Assembly: GCA_010015805.1 (NCBI GenBank)
Contig: ML978129.1
Coordinates: 620,001 to 684,000, forward strand
Origin: Rhizodiscina lignyota
Taxonomy: Eukaryota
Length of the DNA stretch: 64,000 nt
Direction: 5' to 3'
Shown: in pieces, positions 24,631 to 38,828 of the stretch
Numbering within the stretch: the first letter of the stretch is position 1
Layout of the letters: each line of letters starts with the position of its first letter
The notes under the pieces: model-generated
What the model saw: the letters and a program-made list of their open reading frames with translations, nothing else
What the model was told of the DNA's origin: nothing
Database searches by the model: none
Program-made: the position numbers and the translations under genes

Positions 24631-26065
24631 CTTGCCCATGGAAGCCGCGTGGGCGGAATTCAAACTGCTAGAGGCAAGGAAACATGCGGAGCAATATGTC
24701 GCGAGCTCCCTGTTGTGGTGAAGAAGAGAGAACGCGTATGTTCTTTGTAGTGGAAGCTCGCAAGCACGAGAGCTTCTTGACAGGTGGAGTCTTGGCACTA
24801 CCTATGACGGATGTGTGCCGCCTCCGTCCACTATCTACAATCTCTGCCGCGTTCATTTACATGTCCATGAGACAAAAGTCTACAAGATAACACAGTTCTC
24901 TTGTGGCCAGATTGATTTCGCACTTGTAGTGCTAGTGTTGATGCCGATTCTTTTTTCACGATCTACTCTAGTCACAGTACAGAGATCCGCGGCTCTCCCG
25001 CACTCACCTCCGAACTTCAAGTTCAATGTCAACGGAAGCTTCTTCTGACCCCTCCACTATGTCGCCTAAGGTCATGAAGAGCCTCTGTGTAGGCTAACTC
25101 AGGGTAGCTCTCCAGTGAGTGAGGATACTGTTGTCTAATTACCGAACATTTCTCATCCTCTGCGCGGCCGTTTGCCACTCATCCTTTGACTCTTAACTTC
25201 TCTCCTTTTGCAGTGTCCGGCGCACGTTTTTGCCTCTAACTGGCCATTGTCTGGACACAGACACACTGGATTACTATGTCAAGTGCGGCGAACACCTGAG
25301 GACCTACTGGTTGCGCCCAATGGAAGAGATTGTACTGGTTGCAGTCGATCCGACTTCGGGTCGTCTCCTTCAGGGTGCCCCCGCATCTCTATGCAATCCA
25401 ACAATATGATATGGCTTTTGGTAACGAAAACTTGGATGCAGATGTCTTAACCTGGAGCTTTTCGGGACTTGGTCCGATACAAGGTTCAGCCTTGCGAAAC
25501 CGCAGTCCATAGGATTGGTTCCTGAGCTTCTCGATCCGCTCCCGCAGAAAAAGCCATGGCGACAGTCGAGAACTTTCTCTTGCATAGCCTTCCCGCTCCA
25601 TGCTAATTGGACTATGCAGAATGGAGCGGGAGCTGAGGTTGTAAGTCTTCTTCAATGCTGTTCGTCTGGAATGCCGCTACGCTTCTCTTGGTATGTCGGG
25701 CCGGCTCAGATTGTGGGGAAGCGGGCGTTGCGGGGAACACTTTGCATCATGTACCCATTTTGGGATGCCATAACAACATTGAGGCGGAATAGGCCCTGCA
25801 ACTCACAATGGAACGGCTCGCTTGCTCTCCCGAGTATGACGCACGTGGCCCTAAAGGCCATTTTTCTCATCCCCAGCTGTGCTCTGACGAAAAGTTTTAT
25901 TTCGAACATGGGCCCCTTGGGAACTATCAGGGTCATTTTCTAGAACACAAATACACCACTTTAAATCCTCCAGTTGATCATTTCCCGTACCCTCAATTGT
26001 ACCATTATCATTATCAATATTTCACCACTGAACGTTTCCGTTGGCGTTCAGCCTACTTTGCCATC

Positions 26066-28170
26066 ATGTTGGCATCATTTGGTGCTATCGCCTTTGCGGC
26101 CATTACCTATCTACCATTCTCACTTTGTCAAAGTACATTGACGGCCGATGGCATTGCCTCAATGGGCAACAATAGCCTCTTCACGCGTTGGAGGCCTGTG
26201 GCACACTTCATTGCTCCGGCAGGGTGGATGAATGATCCCTGTGGACCAATGTATGATTCTCACACGGAAACGTATCATCTCTTTTATCAATGGCATCCAC
26301 AACACATAAACTGGGGCAACATATCTTGGGGCCATGCCACATCAAAGGATTTGGTGGATTGGGTAGATGTTGGGGGCTGGCAAGACAGTGAAGCTTTGGC
26401 TCTCGGCCCTGGACCTGTCGGATCATATGATGGCCTTGGAATCTTCAGCGGTACTGCACAGCCCGTTAACCTCCACGCCCAGTCTGACGGGAACTTGACC
26501 ATATTTTACACATCTGTCTCGAAATTGCCAATCGGCTGGAACATCCCATATCAAACACTTTCAGAGACGCAATCCATCGCAACAAGCAGTGATGGTGGGA
26601 GGACGTGGCAGAAATATGAAGGCAATCCCGTGATTGATTCAGACCCGCCATGGAACGTCACTGGTTTCCGTGATCCATTCCTCGAGCCCTTACCGGAGCT
26701 TGATGCTATCTTGGATAAGGGCGAGCCTCATTACTACGCCGTCTTCGGAAGTGGTATCAGAGGAGTTGGGCCAAGAATTCCGTTGTACTCTGCTCCTGCA
26801 TCTGATCTCACAAAGTGGTCGTTTGAGTCGGCTTTGTGGGAACCTGCGGCAAACAGTAGTCTTGGATCTGTTCTGGAGACTGGATCCTATGGATTCAACT
26901 TTGAAGTCTCGGGCTTCTTCGATCTTCAAGACTCAAAAGGTGACACTCACTGGTTTGTCAATATGGGAACTGAAGGTGGTAACGTGACGTTTCATGAGTC
27001 TGCGCATTGGGCCCGTAAGTTTTGTTCAACCCTCTTCTTGTCTACAAGCTAACTTCGTGATAGTTTGGAACATGGGCGCTATTTCTCGTAGAGCAAACGG
27101 ATCGGCTGAGTTCACTCCGCAAGCAGGTGGAGCAGGTGAGTCTTGTGCAAGGTGAATAAGCGGCTTTTGCTAATTTGTCTCACGTCCGAAGGCGACTGGG
27201 GTAACCGTGAGTGTTCCTGTGGAGCAAAGAAACGTCCAAATTCAACTGATTTGTGTATTTAGTTTACGCAATTACGAGCTTCCTCGACTCCAAGAACGGT
27301 AACAGAAGGATCCAATGGGGATGGGCACCGGAAGACCTTCCTGGGACGTTCGCGCTCACACAGCAAGGCTTTCAAGGATGTTTTGCTCTGCCTCGCCATC
27401 TTTTCGTTCACGAGAAGAAGGGCATTGTGAACCCACCAAGCGGCCTTGGGAATTCGAAATATGTAAAAGACTCGGACGAAACTTATACGGCGTACACTCT
27501 CGGAGCCCGACCTCTCGACGAAGTTGTAGATGCCATCCGCCAAGGGGGGAATTATGACTCTATCAAGGGCGGGCAGTGGTCCTATGGCTCCCATGGCTGG
27601 CATTCACGGCGTGGCTGGGGTGGCAAGGGAAGTTATGGTCGGCACAGGCAAGGCAGTCAGCACATGAGCTTGACTGTAACTTTGAGCAAGGTAGAGGGCA
27701 CTGCGGGCATCTACATCGCTCAAAGCCCTGATGGCCAAGAGTCCACAGCAATCTACTACTCCCCGGGCAATCATACCATCCAAGTAGATCGTTCGAAGTC
27801 CTCACTGCTCAACCCGAACGTCACCTTCGACCCGGTTGTTGGCTACTTCATGCCTTACACAACTAGCGAAGGAGAGGAAGATATTGTTATGAATATATTC
27901 CTGGACGGCTCGCTGCTGGAGGTCTACGTCAACGACCGCTTCTCGCTAACCACGCGCATTTATCCCGCGCGAACCGATAGCACAGGATATGGCACGTACC
28001 TCGGAAAAGGAGCGAGTGCTCAGTTTTCCGACACGCAAGCATGGATTGGCTTGAAGGACGTTTGGCCAGAGCGACCATCGAATAGCAGCTCACCCCTCTT
28101 ATGGGATACTGCGCAGGAGACTGACAACTATGTCTGGTGGACTGGCAACAAGGCCAAGCGGATGGCTTGA
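26066..28170 (+). CDS. Secreted GH32 beta-fructofuranosidase (invertase/fructosyltransferase)
   Basis: Signal peptide MLASFGAIAFAAITYLPFSLC; WMNDPCG, WGHATS, FSG, RDP, FEVS motifs; C-terminal LDGSLLEVYVN; 3 introns including a 15-nt exon 27192-27206. Confidence 0.93.
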
Positions 28171-28371
28171 CGAGTTGCGGAAAGCGTTTTCGCAAACTTA
28201 TGCTAAAATATCACATTCCCTACGATTGGAAGCCGGTCTTTTAGGACTTGCGCACTATACATAGTCATGACTATAATCTAACCGTGCATACATTCAGCAC
28301 CACGCTCCGTTCCGTACCCCAAATATGCAATTGCTAACGCTAAATAGAGCGAGAACTCCAGAACCGCGCGG

Positions 28372-31300
28372 CTATGACCGACCAACAATGTAGTCTCGGT
28401 TTTCCACCGTAACGCTCTTGGTCATATGGTTGACTTTGTACACTCCGACCAATCGTGACGCCAACTCGAACTATACCGTATCAGTAAAGAGTGACGACAA
28501 AGATAGAGTTGAATGACTCACCATGTTATTGCGTAACGAGATAACAATGAACTGCGCGTTCTTCGTCCGCTCCTTGATATAGCTCGCAACGATCGATACG
28601 TTCCTGAAATCCAACGCAGCATCAATTTCGTCCATCACGTAAAGCGGTGTTGGCTTGTAATGATGCAGCGCAAACACCAGCGCCAGAGAACTCAGCGTCT
28701 TTTCTCCTCCAGAGAGATTGCTGATGTTCTTCCAGCTCTTCTTCGGCGGCATGACGCTGAACAGAATACCCTCACTGAATGGGTCCAGGCTGTCAACGAG
28801 CTCGAGCTCCGCATTCCCGCCCATGGTGATCATCTGGTACATCTCTTTCAGCCGGAGCGAGATCGCCGAGAATCCTTCCATGAAGCCCTCCAGGCGAAGA
28901 CGACGCAGTTCGTCGCACCGCTTCTTCGCTGTGTCGCGCTGGCTGACAGCGGTCGCTAGATCAGAGGAGCGGGCGGCATGCTCTTCGACGCGGCGCCGGT
29001 ACTCGGCCAAGACACCAAGCTCGACACTCACATTCTGCGTCTTCGCCTCGAGGGCCGCGATCTCAGATTTGAGCTCGTCTTTGCTCATATCTTGCAGCTC
29101 GTCTCTTGTGTACACGGGAGGAGCAGTGGCTTCCTGCTCTTCGCCGAGATCGCTGATGTTCTGCATCGTCAGCTTGTTCATCTTCTCTTCGAAGTGCTTG
29201 GCCCTCCTCTGTAGCTCGGTCAGGCTCTTTTGTTGCTCCTCGAGCTTGTTACGCATCTCGATCTCAACGCCGCGGGTCTCGTTTAGTTCTGTTGTCTTCG
29301 CATCTAGCTCGGTCTTGAGAGCTTGGAGTTCTTCTTTCTTCGTCTCGAGAGCCTGGTAGGGTCAGTATATCTCAAATTGCACACATAGACAACCATCTCA
29401 CCTCTTGAGCATCTTCCGCCTCCTTTCGTGAGCCTGAAGCATTCTTGTTCTGCTGAACAACGTCTTGCTCTACCTTGTCCATATCTCTTTCAATTGTCTC
29501 CAGCTCCTTCGTTGCTTCGGCATTCGCCTTCTCGTGCTTTACTTTCTGTTTCTCTGCTTTGGCTTTCGACACCTCAGCCGCCGACATCTCTTGTGTGAGC
29601 GTGTCAATCTGTTCTTTCAAGCCATCGACCTTTGCTTTCTGGCTTCGCAGCTTAACACCACCGATCTCCATTATCTTGTCCTGCAGAACCTTGATTTCTT
29701 CCTCGATGCCTGCGGTCTCTGCGTGAAGCTTAGCAATCTCCTTTTCAGAAGAGACAATATTCTTCTCCAGAGTCACGATGCGTGTCTTGTCTGACTTGGA
29801 GGGTTGCTGCTCTGCACTGAGCTCCTGAATGCGACGCTGGGCATCTGCGATATTACGATCGAAGCTCTCGAGCTCCAGAGTAAGCTTTTGAACCCGAGTC
29901 TCCAACTGTGGTATCTGCTCTTGGAGTTCTCTGGCCGCATTTTCAAGCTCTCGGTGTCGCTTCTGAAAATCTTGAAAATCCTTCTCAAGAACGTCTCGGT
30001 CCGCTTCCAACTTTGTGACCTGCTCCTTAGTACCGTCCGATGCTAGTTTAGATGACATGCCGCCTTTAGCAACGCGAGTTCCACCACCACTCATGGTACC
30101 AGACTTGTCGATCAGTTGGCCATCTAGCGTCACGACACGCCATCGTTTTGCGCCATATGCAATACGATTCGCTTGTGCCAAGCCCTTAGCTACAAGTGTA
30201 TTCTGAAGGACGCTGAAGAATGCAGGTCTGAATCGTTCTTCCTTTGATTTGACTAGATCAAAGAGTCGAGGGACATTCTCCGGCGTTTCGATCTCGCTCA
30301 AATCCCGCTGCGGAAGTCTGTCCAAGAGGATGAAGTTGGCTCGGCCCAGATTGTTCTTCCTGAGGTAATCGATACATTGCTGGCCGACCTCCACAGTGTC
30401 CACAACAAGGTTGTCTAACGCTGGACACGCGGTTGAGATTGCGACATCATATTTCTGCTCGATAGCACCGAGATTGCCTAACCGGCCGTGGAATCCACTG
30501 ATGCGTCCTGATTCCTTCAAACGCATGAGACCATTCAATACATTCCCCTGCGTCTGCGTTGACGAAAGACTTGCCCGAGCCTCGTCTGCTTTTTGTCGCG
30601 CGCCAGATAACTTCGTTCGGAGGCCAGGCTCTTGCTTGCTCAGGTTTTCAATCTCAGTGGTTGTCTTTCGGAGTTCCTTTTCTAGTGATGCTTTCTGTGT
30701 TGTGCACTCGCTGACTTCGTTCTGTTTCGAGACCTTCGATTCCTCCAATCCCTTGATCTTGGTCTCTACGTCAGCAATGGCAACAGCACCAGCATTCTCT
30801 TTCTCTCTCAGAATGTCTAGTTCACTTTGCGCTACTGCCATCTCTGATTGCTTCGCGTTGATCTTCTCGCTCCATGGCTCCAGTGACTTCTGCTTCTCCG
30901 CTATTTGATCCGACAGGCCCTGAGTCTTGCCTTTCAAGCTGTCACGGATTGAAGCCAGCTCTTCCTCTTCGGCCTCCATATTCGTCTCGAGCTCTGCGAT
31001 TTGCGAACTGTTTCGCTCAATGTCGTCCGAGTACTGCTTAATCAAAGTCTCCGACTCTGTAATGCCGAATTTACTAGTCTCTAACCCTTTCTGAAGCTTC
31101 TTCTGCTTGCCAACAAGGAACTTCTTCTTCTCTTCAAACTTGACGTTCTCCTTGTCCAGCTTAGCTGCCTCTTTAAGAACAGCCTGGGTTTGCTTTTCCA
31201 AGGCCTCAAATTCCTTTGTGCCGGCCTTGTACTCTTTCTCTAGTTTCTTGATGCCTTCTTCGCTACCCGCATGTTTCTGTAGCTCTTCATCAAGCGAGGC

Positions 31301-32815
31301 CTGCAGTTGGTTTGCAGCTTCTTGGTTCACTTGGATATGATCTCTGCACTCTTCGATGGAAATCTGATAAAGAGCAGACTGCTTCGTTGCAAGCTCATTC
31401 TCATTCCGGATATAGGCCAGAGCCTTTTCCTTCTTGTCCTCGAGGCTGTTCTTCTCTTTCTCTACGTGCTGAACTCTGCTATTTTTCTCCAGACAGACTT
31501 CGTTCAATGTTTCTGTTTCTGCTGCGGACTCCTCGATCGGTGTCTTGTATTTCGAAGTCCCAATGATATCCTCTAGATACTCTAGAAGTCCATCATCATG
31601 CTCGTTTGCAGCCTTGGGCTTCATCTGCGCAATCGATTCTACTTCGCCTTGGAGAATGAGAAATCGCTTATGGTCCAAGTCCACTCCTCTGTCGCGGAGC
31701 AGTGTCGTGACTATCGTGAAATTGGAAGTCTTCCCATTGATGTAGTATTGACTGGAGTTGTTTTTGAAAGCTCGCCGTGAAATGACTAGCGCAGAATCTG
31801 GAATGACATTGTGGCCTCCGCCAGGCAGATCCATCACCTCCTGGAAGTGGACTTCAACTTCGCAGTATTCGAGGTCTGGGAATGCGGCGGAGTTATGAAT
31901 GAGCGCTGAGATTTTGCCCTGTCTCATTTTGCTTGCTCGGAAGCCAAAGACGAACAGTAGCGAGTCGATGACATTCGATTTCCCCGATCCATTTGGACCG
32001 ACGACGGATGAAAACGAGGCATGGAATGGCCCAACTTCCTGTCTTCCAGCATAGCTCTTGAAATTTGTGAGAATCAAATAAGTGATGACTATGCGCGACT
32101 TTGGTGCCGCCGGCTCCTGTGTCGCAGCTATCGCATTTGTCCTCGTCCTAATGACAATATCCATCGGTTTCTCCATGACAGTGTTTCGCGCATCCAGCTT
32201 GAGGACTTCTTGCGGGGGTTCGATGGGGGCGGTTCGCTCGTTCACGGCGGTTTCGGTGATATCGGACAGTGGAGTAGTCTGTCGCAATTCCTTTTTAGGT
32301 GACACTGGTGCTGGAGAAGCCTTCGGCGTAGCTGTGGGTGTAATTGTGGGTTCAACATTTTCAGAGTTCTCCGGAGGATCTGGTTCTGGCGACTCGGAGG
32401 GCTTCGGCGTTGGTAGCGGAGGTGGAAGGTCTGGCGTATCCGGTGCGATCGAAACCCTACTTCTTCTGCTTGCTCGAACGCTCTTCCTCTTTGGAGCCGC
32501 AGACTTTTTGGGTGGAGATGCTGGTTCCGGCGCGACGCTGCTTTCTGCTGGGCTGAAGATTTCGGACGGCTCGATCGACTCTGTAGCACGCGTTCGACGC
32601 GTTCTGGTTGCAGTTCCTGGCGTGTTTGGAACTTCGGTCGTCTTTCTGCGCGTTTGCTGCCGTCTGTTCGATTTCGGAGGTGCTGGTGTGAACTCTTCCT
32701 CGCTGTCGGCTTGGGACTGTTTCGTGTTGTCGACTTCCTCGTCGGAGGAGTCTATGACTGCCTGCCGGCGGTTCGCGGCACGACGCGACGGCCTTGTAGG
32801 AGATGCTGCCGACAT
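28372..32815 (-). CDS. SMC4: Condensin subunit Smc4/Cut3
   Basis: NFKSY, Walker A GPNGSGKSN, hinge GRLGNLG, signature LSGGEKT, Walker B VMDEIDAALDFRN; 2 introns. Confidence 0.97.
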
Positions 32816-33244
32816 ATTTACTCAATGTGTGATCGAAGTTCGTCACGATGCCCAAGTCGCTTGTTGTTGATTGAATGCGATGTTTATGCTTTGCCGTATT
32901 CGGCTTAGTGCCGGGACGTCAACCTATGACATCACGTGCTATCCATTTCGATGTCGGCAAATTTTCGGACTCGTCTCATTCTGCATTTCACATCGTCCCT
33001 TCTGAGATTGGAGACTAACACCACCTACAACGCAAGCACCACCATTTACAGTTCGGTTAAGGTACATTCTTTGAGTTGATACAAGCCTGAATTTCCAAGT
33101 CCAGCTGTCGCTTTTTGATTCCCTCGTCATGTAGTGGTTCTACAAGATCCGACTTGTACTCCCTTCAGGATGAGCAAAAAGATCGCTAGCTCGAAACTCG
33201 GAGTACCTGGGCGCATACCTCAACTGCAGCCACCTTCTCACTGA

Positions 33245-35724
33245 TCAATGTTTGCTGAAGAAGGGATATGACAGCCTATCACGCGGACCGATGTGTCCGT
33301 ACAGCTCTCGGAAGGGTTCCTTTTCTTCGAACATCACACCCAGCTTTCGCAGGACTATCATCTGCCACAGTAACTCGCTATCAATTACATCCTCTGGAGC
33401 CATCAATTCGTCCGGCGGATAATTAGTTGCTTGGCCAGTGAAAGAGTGGAACAGCTGACTACGTACTTTCACCCAACGCGGATAGATGGGTACGAGCTTG
33501 CGTACTGCCAATATGTGCCCTACTCCATCCGCTTATCTCAGCATCCTGGCCCTACCTCTACCGTCAATAATTCGTTCTTTATCCGCTAAAATTTCCTCCT
33601 GTGCTGTCTGAATAAAGTTGTCACTATTGTGGTTAGTGTATCGACATTCTCGTGTCTTCTTGCGTTGCAGAATCGCGACTTTGCCTTCGTGAACGCTCAA
33701 CCAAGCCGTATTTCTTTACACAAATTGGCGATCTCGTGAACAATACCGATTTCGCCCAGCTGACAATGGCTTGAGGAATTGGACGAAAATTGGAGCCCTA
33801 TCAATTCGATATCAAATTCTTCGGTCTATACAACATCACTCAGGCCGTCATTGTACTGCACTGGCGAAGATTCGGCGAGATCCTATGGATCACTACGGAA
33901 GAGTGAGGCAGAGATCAGCCCAGACTGGCCGTATCAGATATTCAGCATCAAAATTCGGAAATGAAGAGATTTTCGGAAGCTCTGGCAGCAGAACTGAGGC
34001 CTTTTGGCAGCCGTCAACACATGACGGAGCCGGGTCTCTTCCACACCAGTTCCCTAGCTGTAGTGACTAAGGGGTAATACAACGTTGTAAAGAATACTAA
34101 GGAGTGCATCAGCATTGGAGGATGACATAGCTCGCCGGATATTAAATGGGCGATCCCAAGAAAGTTGTAAAGAGAATGCACGAGACAATGGCGGCAACAG
34201 GAATGAGAAAGGCCGAAGATGGCTGATCCCGCTTCTTTGATGTCAGGTTACCCCGGTTGTCTCCAAGCTAAAGTCGCTGTGTTGACTGAGGCGATACCAT
34301 GAAGACGCCGCCTTCATCACGGATTTTTGGCAACTATCAATTTTGGCTTGGATTACTAATATCCATACAATCAAAGGACGTGACAAGAAGAGACCAAAAT
34401 ATGATGATAAAGGCTCTCTACGGAGGACTCAATGAGTAATGTTTGCGGGCCGCCCTCAGGATTTGAGCGAGGACGAAAGGCACCATCAGGGTCTGTTCGT
34501 TCTTCTGAGCAAGCACTGCCTCAATCGCCGAGCAGCGCTTTAGAGTATGAACCGCGGATACATAGGGTCTATGCCAAGTTTCAGAAAATATTTATTTGAA
34601 CGTAGTTACGTGGAAGTCGGCGCAGCTTGGAGCTATCCTAGATTTGGACAATGCGTTTTTGATCTGATCGGCAACCTCCTTTTCTCTCCCCACACCGAGT
34701 TTCTTCGAAAGCCCCATCCAACATTCTCGTTGAACTCATTCTCTGCTTACATCAGAGCATCTCGCATTACATTATCAACTGGCGCAAATCCTTTTCCGTG
34801 CTTTAAGCTTGGCTGACTAATGACGCGATTGACATCTACCACGATGATTTTCCTGCACCTCCATGCAGACGGATGCATACACACCTACAGTCAAACCGTT
34901 CGGCCGATACAGAGATTCTCACCTCCAAGCCGCCATCTCACCGAGACTCTTTCCCCACCGGCAGACTCCTAGCGGAGTCAAATGTGGGCGTTTAATGCCG
35001 ACTGCGGCGAAAGAGAGGGCATAGCACCGACCACGTTTTGCAAAGTCTCCGATAGCGAATACGCAGTCTCCACTGCACACGATTGCTGATATGCATACGT
35101 CACTTCAAATAAATTTCTCATACGTCCATCGACGCTCTCTGTGTAGTAGTCTGAAAGCGGAGACCAGCCCATTACCGGATCAATGCGGCTCTTCCTGTTG
35201 TCACGATATATGTACTGGTTAGCCTCTGCAGACGAACCTTCGGACCTAGATTCAAACTATTGCCGATACTTCCCCTCTGAAGACCCCTGCAGAATCATGT
35301 CCTTGTCCAGAGAGATCATGTTATATGGACGATGATGACAGCACCGCATTTCTCCTTCCGCGCAATGCCAACATCAACACAGACGGAGGTACCACAAAAC
35401 CTTGTCCCCAGCTTGCCTCAGCCTTTCTGGGAATGCTTGCGCTCTCGTCTAGGCATGGTCTGCATGGGCCGCTTTAGTTTTCACACGCCCCGAGTAGGAT
35501 TCATCGGACCCTACACTAAGGCCGATCTAGCAGCAACTCAGCCTTATACCGCATACACCCAGCGCCTGCATACACCAAACTTTATTCAAGCGCCTGATTT
35601 TGAAGCCTTCGAGGGTAGTTTGGACTACATGTGTATATTTATCGCGAATTGAACCATCTATGGGATATTTCGGTCGTGGCCAGTGAACAGCAAAATCCGT
35701 GTCACTTATTACGGCCTCAGGCAC
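33245..35724 (-). pseudogene. Possible decayed coding sequence of unknown family
   Basis: ~2.5-kb gap with no long ORF, but minus-strand frames read as protein-like stretches broken by isolated stops and frameshifts. Confidence 0.3.
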
Positions 35725-35854
35725 ATTCGATATGCCTTGACCTCTTCTCTACCTTTCATATGACAAGAATCCGGGCCTGATGAGACACCATCGCTAGAGT
35801 CTTCTCTAGCTTGGCGCCACAAGCTCGAGCAATCACAACCCAAGGGCTGTCGCT

Positions 35855-36719
35855 ATGGCAGGATATCTTTCAAACTGGGACGATTTTTCATTCAATCCAT
35901 TGGAGAATGACCTTGATCTATCTCTGAATACATCTCATATCCCACACACTACGGTACCGGGCACTTTACCGCTGGCCACTCTACCACAACCATACATATA
36001 CGACCAATCGGGGGTCAGTCCTGGATACCTTCCACAATACCATCATCCACCCTATTACCCCACAGTTTCGGGGGAACAATTCATACAGCAAGACTTTTGG
36101 ACTGCTCCTGTATCAGAATCAATACCAACACAGCATGGTCTCTTTGGCCTTCCGACACCATCCATATTAAACGACTACGAAAGCAATCAATATCTAGGCG
36201 TTACGGAAATTCCTGACAGCGTTGCAACCTCGCAAACCTCGAGGTCTTTATCATTTACTTCCACGGACACATATTACGCACAGTCAAGCCCAGGAGCAAG
36301 CCCCGAAGCCTCAGGGACTTCGAGCTCATCATCACCCGCACCATTGGACCTCCGGGCATACGGTTCTCCAAGACCAGACGGTTCGTGGACCTGCGCATTC
36401 CCCGGATGCACCTCTCGTGCCGTATTTACAAGGGGTTGTGACCTGCGGAAACACCACAAGCGCCACTTGAAGTCTTTCTTCTGCCATCACGAGGGTTGTC
36501 CACAGGCCCAGGGAGGAGGGTTCTCTAGCAAGAAGGATTTGCTACGACATGAAGCGAAGCACAATCCTGGAGTACCGTGTGATTGGCAGAGCTGCGGTCG
36601 AGTCTTTAGCAGAGTGGATAATATGGTAAGCTTTTGGAGCCCACCACAAACCCAAGGTCTAACTCGCGTGGCAGAGAGATCATGTCAAGAGAATACATTT
36701 GAAGCGCGGCAAGGCGTAG
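35855..36719 (+). CDS. C2H2 zinc-finger transcription factor (3 C-terminal fingers)
   Basis: CAFPGC...DLRKHHKRH, CHHEGC...LLRHEAKH, CDWQSCGRVFSRVDNM/RDHVKRIH; intron 36626-36674. Confidence 0.9.
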
Positions 36720-36874
36720 TGTGCCAGCGTCTGCAGACACCGCGTTGTCTAAAATGTACGATCGCGTTCACACTGTGTTCAATTGTGGGTGCTTATTTCC
36801 AAGACACACATTCATCCCTTCGATCGGTTCCTTATTCGGTCCCTTGCCGCTGCATTGCCGGTCACGAAATGCGC

Positions 36875-38828
36875 TCATGGCACTCCGCCCATCCATCTCC
36901 AGTTCGGGTCTTTGTGTATTGGCGCCCGTAGATCCTTTGTCGGCACGTCTCCTGCCCTCAAAACTACACCTTGCTCCCGATTCCTCTTCATGTTGTCATA
37001 TTTCATATACAAACCAACACTCAGAGCCAGAATGGCGCCAACGCCTGCAAAAGCCGCAGAGACGATACTCGCTAGAACATAATTCGGCGCATCTTGTGGC
37101 CGGAAGATGTTTGAGCTCACGAGCCCCATCGCATTCGCTGACGCCACGAGAACTGGAGTCAAGATGGCTCGCTGGTTCTCGTCAGGGGTGTTATTGTTGT
37201 ACCATGTGCTAAGCAGGGGTGAAGAGATGTATGCACCACATCCGAGCAGGAAACAGCAGAAGTATCCGACAGCGATATGTTGCGCTACATCAATTGCCGC
37301 GAGCACAGTGAATCCTATAAATGTGAGGGTCATGCAGAAGGCGAGATGCAGAGAGCGATCGCCGAAGAAATCGGAACTAAAGGCGACGCCTATGAGGAAG
37401 ACAGAGCCGACAATGTTCGGTGCAACGGTGTAGAGGTTTGTCTTCACCGTACTGAAGCCCAGGCGAGCAACGATTTGAGGCAGGAAGTTGGACACACTAT
37501 ACAGCGGCACTCCGACGCAGAAACCTGATTATATTAGCGCAATGTCGATATTCGGCAGGTTGGACATGTTACCGATCGCCATGTAAAGTGGCCACAGTCT
37601 ATCTTCAATGAATATTCGGAGTGCAAACCGTATATTGAACTTCGCATCCACGGTCACAGATGAGTCCTCCGCGATGCGATGGTATGCGAGTTTCTTCTCC
37701 TCCTCTGTTAGGAAATATGCCTTCGCAGCTGATTGTGGAAGGAAGATGATTCCTAAAATAGCACCGCAAATAGTGAGGCTTCCTTCAATGAGGAAGAGAT
37801 ACTGCCAACCGTAAATATGGCCGTCGATCTGAAATACTCCGAACGCAATCAGTCCGGTAAATGCCCCTGCAATGGACGATGCAGCGTAGTACAAACTCAG
37901 CCGGCCGGCGAGTTCGCGCCGCTTGTAGAAGGTGGTGAGATAGAAAATGACTCCCTAAATCCGTCGAGCGAATTAACGAAGTTCTGATCCATGTTCGCAC
38001 CACAGGACAACTTACTGGATAAAACCCTGACTCTGCCATGCCTAGGAACCAGCGAGTTGTCACGATGCCGCCAAAGTTTTTGCACGCGGCGCTTATCATC
38101 GCCATCGCGCCGAAGATGAACATGGCGCTGGGGAGGATGATTGATGCACCAAACCTCTTCGTGAGCATATTCATAGGCGGACCGCTGAGCACGAACGGGA
38201 CGTAGAAGATCGAAAGCAGGATATTGTACTGATTGCCGTGGAAGTGGAGGTCTTTCTCGAGGTTGTCGGTCTTTGCGTTACCAAGATTGGACTTGTCGAT
38301 GGAGCTGGACGTAATGTTAGTATATTGATGGGAAATGAATATGTAGCAAACTCCAATGCTAGATATCGACCTAGGGAACCATATCCATACATCCTACCTT
38401 GCCCTCTGCCTTGCCGTCTACCCTTCGCAGTTGCATCTGTTAGTCGCCGCTTGATCCCAAACCCGCTGGAACCGACCAGTTCACTCGTGGCGGGAGCGAC
38501 CACGGCGGCAAGTCTCACTGCAACATTGATGGTATATGGCTAGAGCTCAACAGTCTGCGCTCATCTCGTGCAAGAGGGGGTGAAATCGATTGCAAAGTTC
38601 GTGAGATGGACTAGGAGAGAGGCGTTGGACATACTTGAACAGATACATCAATGCCACCAGAGGCAAGATGTAGAAGTCAAACTTGCGTAGCAACCTGCGC
38701 TCCATCTGCTTATCGACGATGTATATGGAACCTTCTTTGTCCGTTGTCGTCTCGCCCAACTCCGCGCCCATCTCCTTGACCTCCTTCTCGTCATGCTCCA
38801 TAGTTGGGGCCGCAATCTGATCCGCCAT
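36875..38828 (-). CDS. MFS transporter, allantoate/nicotinate permease family
   Basis: ERRLLRKFDFYILP, NSIDKSNLGNAK, RWFLGMAESGFYP, FYKRRELAGR, GWQYLFLIEG; first intron 38305-38634. Confidence 0.92.
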
